Translations under genes and position numbers: made by a program
Source: a virus
IMG/VR virus record: IMGVR_UViG_3300045988_091674
Strand: one strand, 5' to 3'
DNA: 64,000 bases
Shown: piece by piece, positions 52,982 to 63,979 of the stretch
Position numbering within the stretch: the stretch's first letter is position 1
Layout of the letters: each line of letters starts with the position of its first letter
Notes under the pieces: model-generated
Databases searched by the model: none
Seen by the model: only the letters and a program-made list of their open reading frames with translations
What the model was told of the DNA's origin: nothing

Positions 52982-53858
52982 CTTTCTTAAAAATCCAGCC
53001 TTTGGTATCTGGATTACCTTTACCGGTCTCCATGGCCGCGTAAATAACATCAAGAGCATGAAGAACCTGGGCCGCAGTTTTAAATCTGCCCGTATGAACG
53101 AACCCTTTTACTTCATAAATCTCTTTAAAGGGAATTTCACGCTCACCCTTAATCGCCACTCCCGCAATCTTATACTTATCGTCATCAATAGCAGGACAAT
53201 TCCTAATCGCTTCATTTCTGCGGGAACGCGGCTGTTTCGCCGTCAGTCTGCGATTCATCAGCTCTTCCGGGCTTGCAGGATTAGCCTTGCTTTTACCATA
53301 AGACATCTTGACCTTAGGTACTTTTACCGGCTCAATCCCATCAGGAAGAGTGTATCCATCAATATTTTCCCAAACGTATTTCAACATCCAGGCATCTTCT
53401 AAAGCATTATGATTCTGAATTGGATCCTCAGAAGAAAGTTTCATGGTCAGATACGCAGACCTAAGACCAATCGCATCCCTGCGAAAATGAGACGCCACCC
53501 TTTTGTCAACATTTTCACATCTATTGTGAATGTATTGCAGAGTAGTAAGAGCTTTCATATCAGTCGTAAAGCCCATAGAAGCTCTAAGAAAACCCCTATC
53601 ACTCTTGCCGTAGTGATAGAAAGTATTTTCTTCATCAAGAAAGGAAAGGAACTCTCTAACTCCTAACATTGCTTCTTCAAGACTAGGAGCCTGGTCTGCA
53701 TCTTCCTGAGAAACTCCTGTCAAAACCTTTATATTATGGTCAAGTTTCGTATGCGGACGAATGAGACTATAAAATGTATCTCCATTCTCTGTTACCATAC
53801 CAATAGAAATTGCTTCATTGGTGGTGCAATTAGCTTCCAGGTCGAGATAAATCTTCAA
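52968..53858 (-). CDS. DEDDh-family 3'-5' exonuclease (DnaQ/RNase T-like) with a C-terminal extension
   Basis: 296 aa. Exo I YLDLEAN, Exo III HNALEDA. Possible TTG start. Confidence 0.6.
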   Translation of the reverse strand: MKIYLDLEANCTTNEAISIGMVTENGDTFYSLIRPHTKLDHNIKVLTGVSQEDADQAPSLEEAMLGVREFLSFLDEENTFYHYGKSDRGFLRASMGFTTDMKALTTLQYIHNRCENVDKRVASHFRRDAIGLRSAYLTMKLSSEDPIQNHNALEDAWMLKYVWENIDGYTLPDGIEPVKVPKVKMSYGKSKANPASPEELMNRRLTAKQPRSRRNEAIRNCPAIDDDKYKIAGVAIKGEREIPFKEIYEVKGFVHTGRFKTAAQVLHALDVIYAAMETGKGNPDTKGWIFKKVEKQ

Positions 53859-53859
53859 A

Positions 53860-53920
53860 CTCAGAACTTCCTTTCCTTAACTTTCTATATATATTATATA
53901 ATAATTTTTTTTAATTTTCA
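53860..53920 (-). promoter_or_regulatory. sigma70-type promoter cassette copy
   Basis: TTGAAA-attaaaaaaaattatta-TATAAT then TATATAGAAAGTTAAGGAAAGGAAG. Confidence 0.5.
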
Positions 53921-54005
53921 AGAGAGGCGTAAAATCTAAAGTCTTTTCTTTACGCCTCTCTTTAGTGAGGGAAGTGTACTATTATTAAACTTTATACTGA
54001 ATAAT

Positions 54006-54953
54006 TTAATTACCCATACCCAAAAATCTTTCAATAATTTCTTGAATTTTTTCGTAATCTGTATAGGCGATTCTTAACAAAGGTATATTATGCTCTTTAG
54101 CATACTCAGTTTTTAAAGAATCTCTTTTTAAGTTATCCTCACTATACCACTAACTACTTGTATCAAAATGTTGCCTACCGTCATATTCAATTAACCCTAT
54201 AAGTCTTTCATTTTTGAAAATAGCAAAATCATATCTTAAATAAGATTTATCTTTTAAATCTTTAAATTTATATTCTCTTATAAAAGGTATATCATACTAA
54301 GTTAAAATTTCTGCTATCTTAGTCTCTCCGCGAGAATTTCCAATACATCCGCAACTCTGCGTATCATGATTCATCAGAGCACTACGGGATACTGTTTTTA
54401 TATTACCACAGTCACATTTACAAATCCAATATCTGTGATCATCTTCTGATCGTTTTAGAGCAGTTAATCTACCAAAACGCTATCCAGTAAGATCCCCTTG
54501 AGCTAAGCGCGTTTCAACTCCTATAGGCTAAACTATTTCTTTCATAATCTAGCCTGATATTTCTTTTTGTAGACATCCGCAAGATTTTTTAGCTCCGTTA
54601 TTTAATTCTGCGGTTTTTGCATAGGTTATATTTCCACAATCACACTAGCATTTCCAAAATACGGCAGTCCCAGTATGCGTTTGTTTCCACGAGTCTGTAT
54701 ATTCCTAGTCATAACCTAATACAGTTAATCTTCCAAATTTTTGTCCAGTTAAATCTTTCCTGTATAAAGTCCTAGAACATTTTGGACAAGAAGTTTTTGC
54801 TCCACTTGTCAACTAATTTGTTATAGTTATAACTTCATTTCCGCAGTCGCATTTACAAAGCCACTATGCTTTATTAGCTTTAGTGTTCTCTACTCTTTTA
54901 ATAACCAACAATTTTCCAAAACGCTATCCCGTTAAATCTTTTAATGGTGCCAT
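54006..54953 (-). CDS. zinc-ribbon-repeat endonuclease-like protein (paralog 3), multiple in-frame TAGs
   Basis: ATG at 54953. MAPLKDLTG-TAG-RFGKL, four WxCxCDCGN...SCGC repeats, C-terminal YDFAIF...IEYDGRQHF...RIAY. Ends in TAA at 54006-08. Length 948 nt, divisible by 3. Confidence 0.55.
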
Positions 54954-55337
54954 AAAATTCTCTCCTTTATCATATATCGTTTCAATAAATATAAAAATTA
55001 TTAAAACAGATATAATCAAAAGTGACCAGTTAAATAATATTTAATTTTCTTTTTAGCTCTTCGATCTTGGCCTTATCTTCAGGAGCTAACTCAGTAGGAG
55101 TAAACTCAGTTGCTGGTGCCCCTCCTGAGCTTGATGTAGAGGGCGCATTATCTCCACCACCCGCAATCGGTGTCTTTGGCATAGTAATAGAAACCGCAAA
55201 TTGAATTTTCTCTCCATTTACGCCATCTTGTGCCCACACATAGATTTTTTTATCTTGAATTCCAACAAAGTCTTCTCCAAAAGCCTTGCAAATTGTATCC
55301 ATTACATTTTGACGAGCTGCATCTCCACGTTTAGCCA

Positions 55338-56642
55338 TTATTCATCGTCCTCCTCGATTAATCTATCCTCTTGTTGCATTAGATTATGGCACTTTTTACA
55401 ATATGGTCTACCATCCATCCAATAAATTTCATCTTCATCATATATTCTACGATAACAACTATCACAAGTCAAAAAGAAATCTTCATCTGCCTCTTTTTCT
55501 GAAATACAATAGTCACAAAGAAATGAATCTTCACGTTTAATATGTTCAGTTCCACAGCATGGACAGATTGGCCGCTCTCCAATTTTAATTTCAAAAGCGT
55601 GATTGAAGAACATTTCCTCAACTTCTTTACCCTTGTCTATACTTTCAGCATATTCATGAAATTTGTCATCATTTACTGATATAATCGGAGCATATGTACT
55701 AGAGATAATTAAATCAGAATAGCCAAGATAGTCACTTGTATCAATCACGTCTCTAGCATCAAAAGTGCGTCCACCCGCGTTGATCTGATTATATGTAAGC
55801 ATCCCGCTACTCCATTGAGATTGGATTACTTTAAAGCCATAGTCAATCGGTTCAGTCATTTCATTTTTTATTAATGAAACTAACATACTATGGACACTAG
55901 ATAATAAATCTCTAGATTCATATGGATATTGTCTATTGTAGTAGATATTTCTTTCTCCATCTGTATGGACTAACATTCTCCATTTTTTGCTATTCCATGT
56001 CATTCCTTTTGGTAAACATTTTAAATATTCTCGTTTCCCATTTGATAGATATGCTACTATTGTAGTCTTATCTACTAAATAACTCAAATTTCCACTTCTA
56101 TAATCCCCGTCTAAAGATTGACATGACCACCAATTTTCATTATTCTCTGATATAGTAAGAAAATCAATAGGATGAACAGATAAATATAAATATCCTTCTA
56201 TTTTATTCTCTTGAATATATCTTGATGCTATATCTTGAGCCCATCTGACAATCTCATTACTATTAAGAAACTTTTTGAAAGATTTTGAGAGCTTTGATCC
56301 TAACGGAATATTAAAAGATGGATAAGGTAACATAACTTTATTATCAAAGAATCCATCTTTATTAACGCGCAAAAATAATTCAAATTCCTCTGTTAGAATC
56401 CCGTTTTCATCAAGAGCCTGTAAGAACTCTTCAAATCTTTTATCTCTCTGTTCTTCTGTTAAGAAAATTTTAACTGGTTCTTTACTCCTTAATACCAACT
56501 CTCCACCAAAAAGGTTGATTATATCCCTTTTAGCCTCTAACCATTGAGAAATCAAATTCTCCGAGTTTAAATAAAAGGGGTAATCCTGAGAATGAACAAG
56601 TATAGATTCAAAATCATTTTTTAATTCTCTTAAATCTATCAT
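55338..56642 (-). CDS. hypothetical protein with C-terminal Cys4 zinc ribbon
   Basis: 434 aa. CPCCGTEH...CDYC. Confidence 0.3.
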   Translation of the reverse strand: MIDLRELKNDFESILVHSQDYPFYLNSENLISQWLEAKRDIINLFGGELVLRSKEPVKIFLTEEQRDKRFEEFLQALDENGILTEEFELFLRVNKDGFFDNKVMLPYPSFNIPLGSKLSKSFKKFLNSNEIVRWAQDIASRYIQENKIEGYLYLSVHPIDFLTISENNENWWSCQSLDGDYRSGNLSYLVDKTTIVAYLSNGKREYLKCLPKGMTWNSKKWRMLVHTDGERNIYYNRQYPYESRDLLSSVHSMLVSLIKNEMTEPIDYGFKVIQSQWSSGMLTYNQINAGGRTFDARDVIDTSDYLGYSDLIISSTYAPIISVNDDKFHEYAESIDKGKEVEEMFFNHAFEIKIGERPICPCCGTEHIKREDSFLCDYCISEKEADEDFFLTCDSCYRRIYDEDEIYWMDGRPYCKKCHNLMQQEDRLIEEDDE

Positions 56643-56663
56643 CTATATGCTTTATCTCCCATC

Positions 56664-57377
56664 TTATAGAGTCCAGTCAATAGGTTCTCCTCCCATTGAA
56701 AGCAATAAACTATTCGCTGTTGAAAATGGTTTACTACCTTTAAACGAGGGAGTTCCCTTACATGGCTTACTTACACTAAAGGGACTTGGATGGGAGGATA
56801 AAATATAGGCTTTCTTAATTAAATTCTCTCTTGCTATTCCCGGACCGTCCCATACCATAGGACTAGAATTTAAATCCTTCAATAAATTCTGAGCATTAGC
56901 TCCCCATAGCATAAAAACAATAGGCTGCGGTAACTGGGTAGCAGCCTTTAATATTGCTGTTGTAAACTTATTCCATCCCCAATTAACGCAACTATTAGCT
57001 TGATGTTCATAAACGGTTAGACTCGCATTAATGAGTAACACTCCTCGTTCAGCCCAGGGCGTTAAATCTCCTGACTGCGGGATTGGCAGCCCTAAGTCGC
57101 TATTAAGCTCGCTAAAAATATTTCTTAAAGAAGGTTGAATTGGACTTCCATCAGAAATAGAAAACGCCAAACCGTTAGCTGCGCCTTGGGTATGATATGG
57201 ATCTTGCCCAACAATACAAACTTTTACATCTTCAGGACGCGTGAGATTAAGTGCTCGAAAAATTTTATCCTACTCTGGAAATAAAACTTTCCCTCTTGAA
57301 CGCTCTTCCAAAGCATAATTTTCAAGTTGAACACTCAAATTTAACGCGTCTTGAGGGAGAATTTCTGACCATTTCAT
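56664..57377 (-). CDS. ung: uracil-DNA glycosylase (family 1 Ung), one in-frame TAG
   Basis: The ORF track has only the C-terminal 168 aa (VVFMLWGANAQ..., HPSPFS). Extending upstream through one TAG gives MKWSEILPQDALNL...LFPE-TAG-DKIFRAL...VCIVGQDPYH. The TAG aligns with Q of Ung PPQ(K/E)DVF. Confidence 0.7.
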
Positions 57378-58512
57378 TTTAGAAACACTCCTTTTATTAT
57401 CTTTATAATTATATTATAATATATAAAAATAATAAAATCTAATTTTACTTTTTACTAAGTTGAGCGAATTCGTTTAAACGAGAAGCAACAGAGAAATAAG
57501 TGTCGCAGTAATGACAATGATGACCTGGGATATTACATTTTTGTTTACAGTTTAAACGAGTTTTTCCAAATTCTTCCTTAAATAATAGATTATTTCTTGA
57601 AGGTAGCCCATCAATAAGAAGGTTTATATCATAACTAAAAGAACCTCTAGTATAGATACTGAATAATGTATCTTCTTTATCTTTAGATGGTTGACTAAAA
57701 TCTATTACATCAATAGCAGAATAGAGACTAAGATCTTCTGGGCGAATAAAGAAGCTCGTTGGTTTTCTTTCTGCGGACAGTGAGGCATTAGGAGAAATAG
57801 TGGGTGATACCCTAATCTTTATATCTCCTTTATATTTCTCTAATAGATCCATTTGAAACCCTAGTGGTCCATCTATATAGATGTCACTAACCTCGGCTTC
57901 CCGCAATTCCTGAAAAGTTTCCCAATCAGTAACAGGGAAACGCAAATATCTATTATATCCCATATTTTTTAAGTCTTGTAATTGTAAGATATTTCCGCAT
58001 TGAATTGTGTAATCCTATGCTATTGATTTTACTATATCTACTTGTTCAATTAATCTTGTTAATTCTATTTGAACTAAATCATCTGGAATTATAATATTAT
58101 ATCTCTTTGTTGGATTTTCTTTAATAAATTTAATAATAGTTCCTAGTTGATTATAAGGGCATCTAATCTCTCCAGCCTTTTTCTTATTGTCGGAATGATA
58201 ATTTAAACTAAATATCATTGAACAACCCTCCTTTATTATATATTTATTATAGCATATAATAAATAACCCGTCAATCTTGAGAAGAAAATGCCAAATTGAC
58301 ATTGTGCTTTTGCTTTGTTATAATAAATATATAATAAAAGTTAAAGGAGTTTGACCTATGTTTCTGATTATTATTGCTATTGTTATTATATTATGTGCGG
58401 TATGTCACATTATGAATTTCCCAGGAGGGCCCTCTGGCTTTGCAATTTGTACTAAAATGTGGATAAAAAGAAAGGTAGCTACTCTTCGTAGCTACCTTTC
58501 TAAAGGTTTTAA

Positions 58513-58953
58513 TTAGCCAATTCTGCGGTAAGCAGAAAGCTTCTTGCTCTTTCCACCCTCGCTAGAGGCAGGAACACTCACAGTCTCCTTCACAACACGG
58601 TTAACCTCAGGAGAAGCGAGCTGAGTCAGACGTGCAGTTACCATCTGAGCAGAAATGTCCTCGTCGTTCAGAGCCTTTACAATGTCACTAATGGTCATAG
58701 GCTCATCGGTAAGGACATCATAAATCTTCTCGCGAAGAGCATCTCCCTCGACCTTCTTAGCAGCAGCTCTCTTAGCGGCAGCAGCGGCCTTATTATCAAG
58801 GAGCTCAACCTCATGCTCAATGAACTCGCGCAGACTATCATAGGTAATCTCTGTGGACTCGAGAACGAGACCCTCGCCTTCAGCGGCGGACAGAATGCTC
58901 AAAATAGCATTATAATTGGCTTTCTTAGTGGGCTTCTTTACAGTGTTAGACAT
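58513..58953 (-). CDS. hypothetical Ala/Lys-rich DNA-binding-like protein
   Basis: 146 aa. Shares an N-terminal pattern with the 4469..4735 product. Confidence 0.3.
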   Translation of the reverse strand: MSNTVKKPTKKANYNAILSILSAAEGEGLVLESTEITYDSLREFIEHEVELLDNKAAAAAKRAAAKKVEGDALREKIYDVLTDEPMTISDIVKALNDEDISAQMVTARLTQLASPEVNRVVKETVSVPASSEGGKSKKLSAYRRIG

Positions 58954-60727
58954 AAATTAATCAATTCCTCTCTTGTTTTATTGTATTTATATTATATGAT
59001 ATTTTTTGAGTAGAGTCAAGAAAATTTCTTGGACTATGAGACACAATGAATTGCATACCATGCAAATTCTCGTGTAACGCCGAGTTCACGGAGAATATTT
59101 TCCACTTTATCCATTTCGGGAATGATTTCAGGAAGCGCAATCTTTCTAGCTGTACCTTCCTCAATAGCGCCGCCTATTTCAACACCGATGACAATATCGC
59201 TAGCATCAGTATAACAGTCGGCTATGTGAATAAAATTACAATTTGTATCCCGAAATTCATCATCCTTTTGATTAAGAATGTTAATTTCATTCTTATCAAG
59301 AAGAACTCCGTAGACTATTTCGGTGCGATAATCAACGCTCACTACAAGAAATCTCCTTTCTCACTTTCTATAATTATTATAACTTATTTTTTTGTTTTTT
59401 GCAAACCGATTTCTTGAACTGATGTGGTAATTAGATTGCCAATTCTCTGATTATAGTAAGAATACAGTTGACCAACCAACAAACTGCTGTGACACTGTTT
59501 AATACTTTAACAGTCTTTCCGTCGGCTAAAGCAGCCAAAACGAAGAACGATGCAGACATAAGAGCGTAAAGAACAATCAATAGGATACTCATTTCATTTT
59601 CACCCACTCTTTCGCTCTTGCTTTTTTATCCAATAGGGTAGACAGATCCGCAGGCTTCTTCATATGACGGTCATCTCCATCGCGGAATTCGTCCCATCCG
59701 AGCAAGAGATACTTCAGATGATCAGGTGCATCATCAGGGAAAGTATCAGTCGAAGCGATATACCAACCAATCCCTACGGCATATCGAGCTACGGATTCCC
59801 GCAACCAATCTTCATCCGCAGCTTTATTACCACGAATTACAAGGATAGGGCCATTATCAAAGCCTCTTGCGTGCTTCAATCCGTCATATCCTTTATCAGT
59901 ATCTACGATTTTCTTACCATATGCTTTGGCGAATTCAGCTTCAGAATACCAACGAACATCTCGATGATTTTTGGTATTGGGGTGTTCTACAGTCACATAA
60001 TACTTACCATTTTTAATGAAAGGCTCTTCACTGATACGCTTATAGGATTGAAAACTAGGAGCAACAGGCATAATTTAAACCTCCTTAATCACTTTCTATA
60101 ATTATTATATCATTATTTTTTAATTTTTGCAAAAGAAAAAGAGCTTCCTTAAGGAAGCTCTTTGTCAATTAATGAAGTTTTAAAGTAGCCGAAATCATCT
60201 ATATAAATATCATCGTCAAAGTCATTCATGCAATAGACATACCCCATCCCTAAACAAAAGAGATAAGAGTCGTATGCAGCACTCTCCCAGAAAGAAAGAA
60301 CCATCTCTTGCGCATCCGATTCTGACGAAACTGCGCACTTATATTCAGGCGTATCTTCATACTCCGGCCAAGAATAGACTACAAAAATATCTTTCATTAC
60401 TCTTCCTCCTTGATTTTATAATCATAATCAAGCTTTTTGAGAAATTCGCCAAAATCGTATCCAGAAATAAGACGACCAAATCTTGCGATGAACTGAGTCT
60501 GTGCGAACAGAATAGCAAGTCGATATGCCTCATCCGCGATCATATACTCAGGAGTTCCCTTATCAATAGCAAAATGGCTCTCGAAAGTTGCATCCTCGAT
60601 AGAACAAGTAATAATAGCAGTCATTGGCAATCCTCTTCCTTTCTTATTCTTTATGTATATATTATATTATAAAATATATAAAAAATCAAAAGAAGAAAGA
60701 GGATGGCTTTCTGCCATCCTCTTTAAA

Positions 60728-61603
60728 TTACTTATTTTGAGTGTTGAGATTGAAATTAAACATATTGCCAAAGGGATTGGAGTTGCCGGACAGCATAGAA
60801 ATCATCATCAGCTTGCTCATATCCATGTTGCCGAAGGTAGAGTCTTCATCCTCATTGAATACCATGCTAGCCATGATAATAGGCATAATATTACCAAAGG
60901 GCTGCTCCTCGGTGGGAGTAGAAGAACCAAAATTGAGGAAAGATACGATCTTGGTGATGAAATTAAAGCCGAACATATTGGTAATGGGAATGACGGTCTT
61001 TACCTCAGAATTGATAATATCTACAACTCCGATATTAGAATCGGTAATTTCAGTCACATACATAGGCTTCTTCTGATGGATAATCAGATCGCCCACGGAA
61101 ACGTCTTTAATGGTGGCAGGAATCTTGTAAATCATGCCCTTAAAATCAAAAGTAAAGCCAGTTACTTCAACAGTCTGCGCGGTTGCGGGATTGTAGGTCA
61201 GCCAACGATAATCTGCGGTGAGGACAGCAAGGCCGTAAGGAGAAATAGCCACGCCTTCATTGATGGGGCCGAAATCAAAATTCATATTAAGCGCAGTTTT
61301 CTTCTTCGCAGGCATGGGATAAGTGGAATTGGTATCAGTCATCTTAATCAACCTTTCTTTCATAACATTTACAAAACCGTAGGTAACAGGGATCTCGTAG
61401 TGGAGGGAATCGCTAGTCAAACATAGGTGGATTTCTCCGTTTTTGAGCTTAGTTTCAACTTCAAAAATTAAATCTGAAGAAGCAAGTTTCTTTAGAAGTC
61501 TCCACGATTCATATGGAATTTTATAATATCCAGACTTAGAATTAACTCTTTCAGTATATTTATTTAAGATAGAGTCAATAAGAGCAGAGGGGAGAAGATA
61601 CAT
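60728..61603 (-). CDS. hypothetical protein
   Basis: 291 aa ORF with no TAG. Confidence 0.3.
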   Translation of the reverse strand: MYLLPSALIDSILNKYTERVNSKSGYYKIPYESWRLLKKLASSDLIFEVETKLKNGEIHLCLTSDSLHYEIPVTYGFVNVMKERLIKMTDTNSTYPMPAKKKTALNMNFDFGPINEGVAISPYGLAVLTADYRWLTYNPATAQTVEVTGFTFDFKGMIYKIPATIKDVSVGDLIIHQKKPMYVTEITDSNIGVVDIINSEVKTVIPITNMFGFNFITKIVSFLNFGSSTPTEEQPFGNIMPIIMASMVFNEDEDSTFGNMDMSKLMMISMLSGNSNPFGNMFNFNLNTQNK

Positions 61604-61605
61604 AA

Positions 61606-62217
61606 TTACACCTTCAATCTCTTGTTAAGCTCGGCAATCAATTCCTCATTGGTGAAATCACTAAGAGACTTGTTAAAATACTGGTTTTTGTCGAGGATGA
61701 AAGCCGGCGCCAGTCCGTAGCTGAAGTTGTAGTAGTAGTTGACCGCAGACCCATCGTTGCCGACAATGCAAACGTAGCTCGAGGCCCAATTATCCTTTTC
61801 GGGACTTCCCCAAGGGGTAACCAACCAGAACGAATTCTTGATATGAGGAGTCAGAATATGATTGTACTTTCGGTATTCATCGAAAGTAAGGGGCGCGACA
61901 GTAGTATTTAGTGTGCCGTACCCTTTATATCCATCCATTGCGGTGAGATCGACATCACGGGCGATAGCCTTGATACCGGTATTTTTAAACCAAGACTCAA
62001 TAGTCTTCCGCGAACCACTCTCTTTATAGTTATTGGAGTCTCCAAAAACAGAATAAATTTCTACCTCAAGGGCAATCACGAAGGGATTACCATTAATTTC
62101 GTCAAGAACGAGGCACTTTACTCCATTTACAGTAATAGTTTCACCAATCATGTTATTTCTTCCTTTCTTAATTAGCAAATTCTTCAACCATGCGGGACAA
62201 CATTTCAACTTCATCAT
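61606..62217 (-). CDS. hypothetical protein
   Basis: 203 aa ORF. Confidence 0.3.
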   Translation of the reverse strand: MMKLKCCPAWLKNLLIKKGRNNMIGETITVNGVKCLVLDEINGNPFVIALEVEIYSVFGDSNNYKESGSRKTIESWFKNTGIKAIARDVDLTAMDGYKGYGTLNTTVAPLTFDEYRKYNHILTPHIKNSFWLVTPWGSPEKDNWASSYVCIVGNDGSAVNYYYNFSYGLAPAFILDKNQYFNKSLSDFTNEELIAELNKRLKV

Positions 62218-62799
62218 CAGTTATATTTTCTAGGAAAATTCCATATTTGCGGCAGATCTTAGCTTGTAGGTCAAAGTCATCTTGCGCTTCTGGGGTTTTA
62301 GCAAGTTCTCTTGCCGCTAACTCGAAGGAGCCTGTATAGATAAGAAATGACATATTTATTTCCTCTTCTCTATAGAGTCGAATTCGTGAATTAGAATGGC
62401 TCCATCAGAGATCTTTTCTGCGCAAGTAATGTGTTTGATTTCATATTTACTTTCATCGGGGCAATAAATAATATGCCCACTTTTCAGCAAAGAAAGAAAG
62501 TCACTTTGATAATAGATATTGCCTCCGTGCTCGTTGCAAACTTTGAGACAAATTTTATATCCTTTATCAACAGAGTAAAGTTCATCCACATCATTATTTA
62601 CTTCGCATAGCCGCCAAGTCGGATCTCCATTATTTATACTAATTCCGAGAACCGGGATAGGACTATAAGTTTCTTGGATAGCAAAGAATTTAGCTCTTTT
62701 GAGCTGATCAGTGTCAGAAAAATCGAGGAACTCACAAATTTTTACAGTAGAGTTCTTATATCCTTTTGTCTCAACTAGCTTACTAATCTCCATGACTTT

Positions 62800-62850
62800 A
62801 CTTCCTTTCTTACTTTCTATATATATTATATAATATTTTTATAAAAAAAT
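62800..62850 (-). promoter_or_regulatory. -10 (TATAAT), 5'UTR and RBS cassette variant
   Basis: TTATATAATATATATAGAAAGTAAGAAAGGAAGTAAAGTC then ATG at 62793. Preceded by the terminator hairpin aaagactcccttaaaagggagtcttt. Confidence 0.45.
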
Positions 62851-63439
62851 AAAGACTCCCTTAAAAGGGAGTCTTTATTTACTCAAGGCTAATGCCATAT
62901 CCATCTTGGATAAATGACCCTTCTGGAATATAGATATTATATTCTGTAGACCAAGAGCCAAACAAAACATTTAGGACGGGATTTTTAAAGCGGACAGTGT
63001 TTTCTGTTGCATATGGAGCGTCGGAAGTTTCTTGAATGTAAGTTTTATCTGCTTTAATAGACTTTGAAGTGATGCCTTTATCCGTTTGATATAGGAACGA
63101 ATAGCAAAGTCCATCTTCTGAACTAAAGTTATCACTTAGTGCGATAATATCATAGGTTGCGATAGTTTCTGCTGAATAGGTTTCGGGGGTTTGCACATTC
63201 AATGATGAATACGCATACTACGAGTGATAGAAATGTTAGAAATATAGAGCCAAACATGGAAAAGAGTGAGCATACTATATACTCGATAATGCTGTCACAA
63301 CCTGCGAGCAAAAAGATGAGCAGCATAATACAGAAAGCAATAGGTAGAATAATAGGTAGCATTACATTAACCTCCTTTATATATAAATATAATACCATAT
63401 AAAATATACAATTTCAAATGCGGGGGGCATACAACGAAT

Positions 63440-63590
63440 CGTCATAATTTCTCACGGATGCGGGAAAATTTTAGGCAAGAAAATTGCCAGTCCGCAGTTG
63501 TTATATTGTTTATTTTTTTAGAAAAAAGTTTAACAAATTTTAGGACAAAGCGGGAAAATTATGGTATAATAAAAGTGAAATATAGTAGAG
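63440..63590 (+). promoter_or_regulatory. divergent control region with direct repeats (GCGGGAAAATT twice, AATTTTAGG(A/C)CAA twice) and a plus-strand TGgTATAAT promoter
   Basis: Repeats near 63456 and 63549. TTTAAC...TATGGTATAAT lies upstream of the RHH gene. Confidence 0.45.
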
Positions 63591-63600
63591 AGGTGATAAT

Positions 63601-63744
63601 ATGAATTATTCGACTGTTTCTGTTAGATTAACAGAGGAAGAAAAAAAGACTTTAGAAGAGTTTGCGAAGGATAGAGATTTAACTATGTCGCAAGTAATTA
63701 GAAAAGCAGTAAAAGAATATATAGAAAACCATTCAAACGACTAA
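63601..63744 (+). CDS. ribbon-helix-helix (CopG/Arc-like) DNA-binding protein
   Basis: 47 aa. MNYSTVSVRLTEEEKKTLEEFAKDRDLTMSQVIRKAV fits the RHH beta-strand plus two helices. Confidence 0.55.
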   Translation: MNYSTVSVRLTEEEKKTLEEFAKDRDLTMSQVIRKAVKEYIENHSND

Positions 63745-63760
63745 AGGAGACGAAAACAAA

Positions 63761-63979
63761 ATGACTAATAATTATAAGGTTTTTACTTTGAAGTTAGCTA
63801 GAAAGCTATGTGAGTTGGGATTTAAGGTTGTTGGAACAGCACCAAATGCTTAGAAACCTTGGTTAAATGTTTATCTTTTTGAAGATACTTAGGAATTAAG
63901 AGAAGCGATTGAGAAATATAAGGGACAAAGTTCGCTATTGGAGGATGATTGCCATGGCAGACAAAAGAAGAAGTCCTAA
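63761..63979 (+). CDS. hypothetical plus-strand protein with two in-frame TAGs
   Basis: RBS AGGAGA then ATG at 63761. TAGs at 63848-50 and 63899-901. TAA at 63977-79. Confidence 0.4.
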
